A stretch of 64,000 bases of DNA, from positions 16,988,001-17,052,000 of the forward strand of contig CM060734.1 of the NCBI GenBank assembly GCA_030704615.1. Direction: 5' to 3'. The DNA comes from Takakia lepidozioides. Its lineage: Eukaryota; Plantae; Bryophyta. Both the position numbers and the translations under genes were made by a program. The notes beneath the pieces are model-generated. The model was not told where the DNA came from. It did not search any database and saw nothing but the letters and a program-made list of their open reading frames with translations. Of this stretch, positions 62,029-64,000 are shown piece by piece; position 1 is the stretch's first letter; each line of letters starts with the position of its first letter.

Positions 62029-64000
62029 AATGCAAGAGGATAGTGCTTTATATACTTTTGTCTTGCGGCCGTATATCGTGTGTGGAATTCAACAATGTGA
62101 TTTAATCAATACTTCAAAAGAATTTTTGTTCAACACCAGGAAGCTGCTCTGGAGGGGTTGCAACTAGCCAAAGCGTATGCACCCGATGCAGAAGCAAAGT
62201 GGAGGCCTGAGGGTTTAGAGGCCATATTCCAGGACAAGACAATCCATGCAGTTGCTGTGGTTCTGCCAGCTCAAGCCCAGGTAGGCTCCTCTCCCACATG
62301 AAGGGTGAAGACCAGATCCCTAATCTGGACGTGTCCTTGCACTGTGAATTTAGTCTTGGAATGGATATAATTCACTCTCGAAAGTAGCAGGAGGTATACA
62401 ACGATGGCCAGTCTTCTCTGAATCAGTGTCATGTGTATGTGACCAATTACACACCTGGGTTCTTCTCTGTGCAGCTGGATGTTGTGCTGCAAGCGCTCCA
62501 AGCAGGGAAGCATGTAATACAAGGTGAGGGCATTGCAGATGGGGGGACAAAGGCATAGATGTCAGGGAACACAGCAATTCATTCAATGTTGGATAATGTG
62601 GGATTTCTCAATGTCAGATTACAGCTTGTGGAACTCAATACATTTATATTTTCACTCTCAGAAAATGGAATGTTGACCTATAGGAGAGTAGGTGCAGAGG
62701 TATTAGCATATGGGGTGAATGTTGAGACAGAACTGTATGTTGGTATCTGCTGTAGTATGGAAATTCTGCCAAGCATGGTTGTGAACCCAACGTTTGACAT
62801 TCCTTTATGGTGGCTATCCACACATCGTATGCGTGCTACAGTGTATTGGGCTAATTTAAACTGGTCTATCTGCATGGCTGTGGGCGGGAGTGAAGAGAAG
62901 CCTGTGGGTCCAAGTAAGTCTCAACACCCTGTCTTGTTGTTGCTAAAGCTGTAACTGAGTTGATCAAGGTCACTTCACAAAGCGTCGACGCTGTGTAAGC
63001 TTATCATGTTGGCGACCTTTCCTCTTCTGCTTTGGTGGATGCCTTACCCCTCCTGGGCTCAGTTATACCTCCGCTTGTACATCTCTCTGCGCTTTTTCTC
63101 AGTTGTTGATGCCTTGCTATTCATACTACTCTGCCATTTTCCAGTTTTTTTCCCCTTCATGTGTCCTACTTACAGCTTCCATGCATGCAGCTGTTGAGGT
63201 TCTAACGCCTGGTCAGCATATCTGACCCTTTTTCCAGTTCTTGTCCCTTCATGCTTCGTACTGCTCCATCCGTGCAGCTGTTGAGGAAGTGCGAAAGACC
63301 TGGTCAGCATATCAAGCCCGTGCTGCGGATGGTGGCAAACTCCCAATTTGGGCAGTTGTGGAGAACTACCGTTTTGAGCCTGCACTGATAGAGGTGGTAA
63401 ACTCTATCTGCTACCTAATGTGGTTTTCAAACACATCTTTTGGATCTATCAACACTAAGTTGTGTCCGGAAAATCCATCCATGAAGGAATGATAAAGACT
63501 CTTTGTTCCAAAAGTTGTGTTGCGTATGGTGTGGAATAGTGATGCATGGAATGGTTAGCTAGAGTTTTCAACAAGTAGTCTAAACCAATATTGTTGCATA
63601 TTTCCTCACTGCCACCAGCTGACCGATATAAATTTAGAATCCACCTAACACTGCCTTTGGATCAACCAGACCTATGTGACAGTATTGTGGTTTGGCATTT
63701 CATGTGCAGACTTCAGGAGCTCTCTTTATGTCGGTCTTTGTCCACTCTCCGCACAGCTGGCTTCCAACATTTTTTGGTTTGAACACTCCCTCAGTGATGT
63801 TGGCGATCGAAGTTGGGAATTACCCGGTTGGTACTAATCATGGGTCCTGTGGGAAGCAGGCAGCAAAGCTGGTGAAGGATGTCGGAAAAATGACTGCATT
63901 TCAGGTGACAGTCAATGGTCCTATGAACAGGTCCGACCCTTACTTCTCGAGCACCAGGCGCCGTGATCCTGGTTTTAAGGTAGTACTCACATGTATGAAC

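Noticed and set aside
62100-64000. Host gene or decayed transposase
   Set aside because: Only short ORFs with no motif I can recognise; a BLASTx search would be needed.

Overview
This is a eukaryotic, transposon-dense window. It has spliceosomal GT-AG introns and no recognisable host housekeeping gene; an early-diverging streptophyte or bryophyte origin is inferred, not shown. The core (8272-41646) is a nest of three related large Mutator-like (MULE) DNA transposons: A 8272-34548, B 13428-24642 inserted in A with a 9-bp TSD, and C 34549-41646 truncated by A. Each carries a GCM-like/DDE/SWIM transposase head-to-head with an intron-containing gene for a ParB/Srx-like domain protein, which in A and B ends in a beta-class N6/N4 DNA-methyltransferase-like fold. 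Each element has its own CG-containing palindrome repeated in introns or intergenic arrays; A and C show helically phased spacing (53 bp and about 116 bp). This looks like a transposon-encoded 'ParB-MTase + cognate parS-like palindrome' system and is the main candidate novel system here. Flanking it are a chromodomain Ty3/Gypsy element (1.2-6.6 kb), two copies of a second Gypsy family, a Gypsy element with a DNMT3-like C5 cytosine methyltransferase in frame between protease and RT (48-56.8 kb, possibly self-priming), and rearranged LINE fragments (57-62 kb). Most ORFs carry stops or frameshifts. Domain calls rest on motif recognition by eye; no database searches were run.
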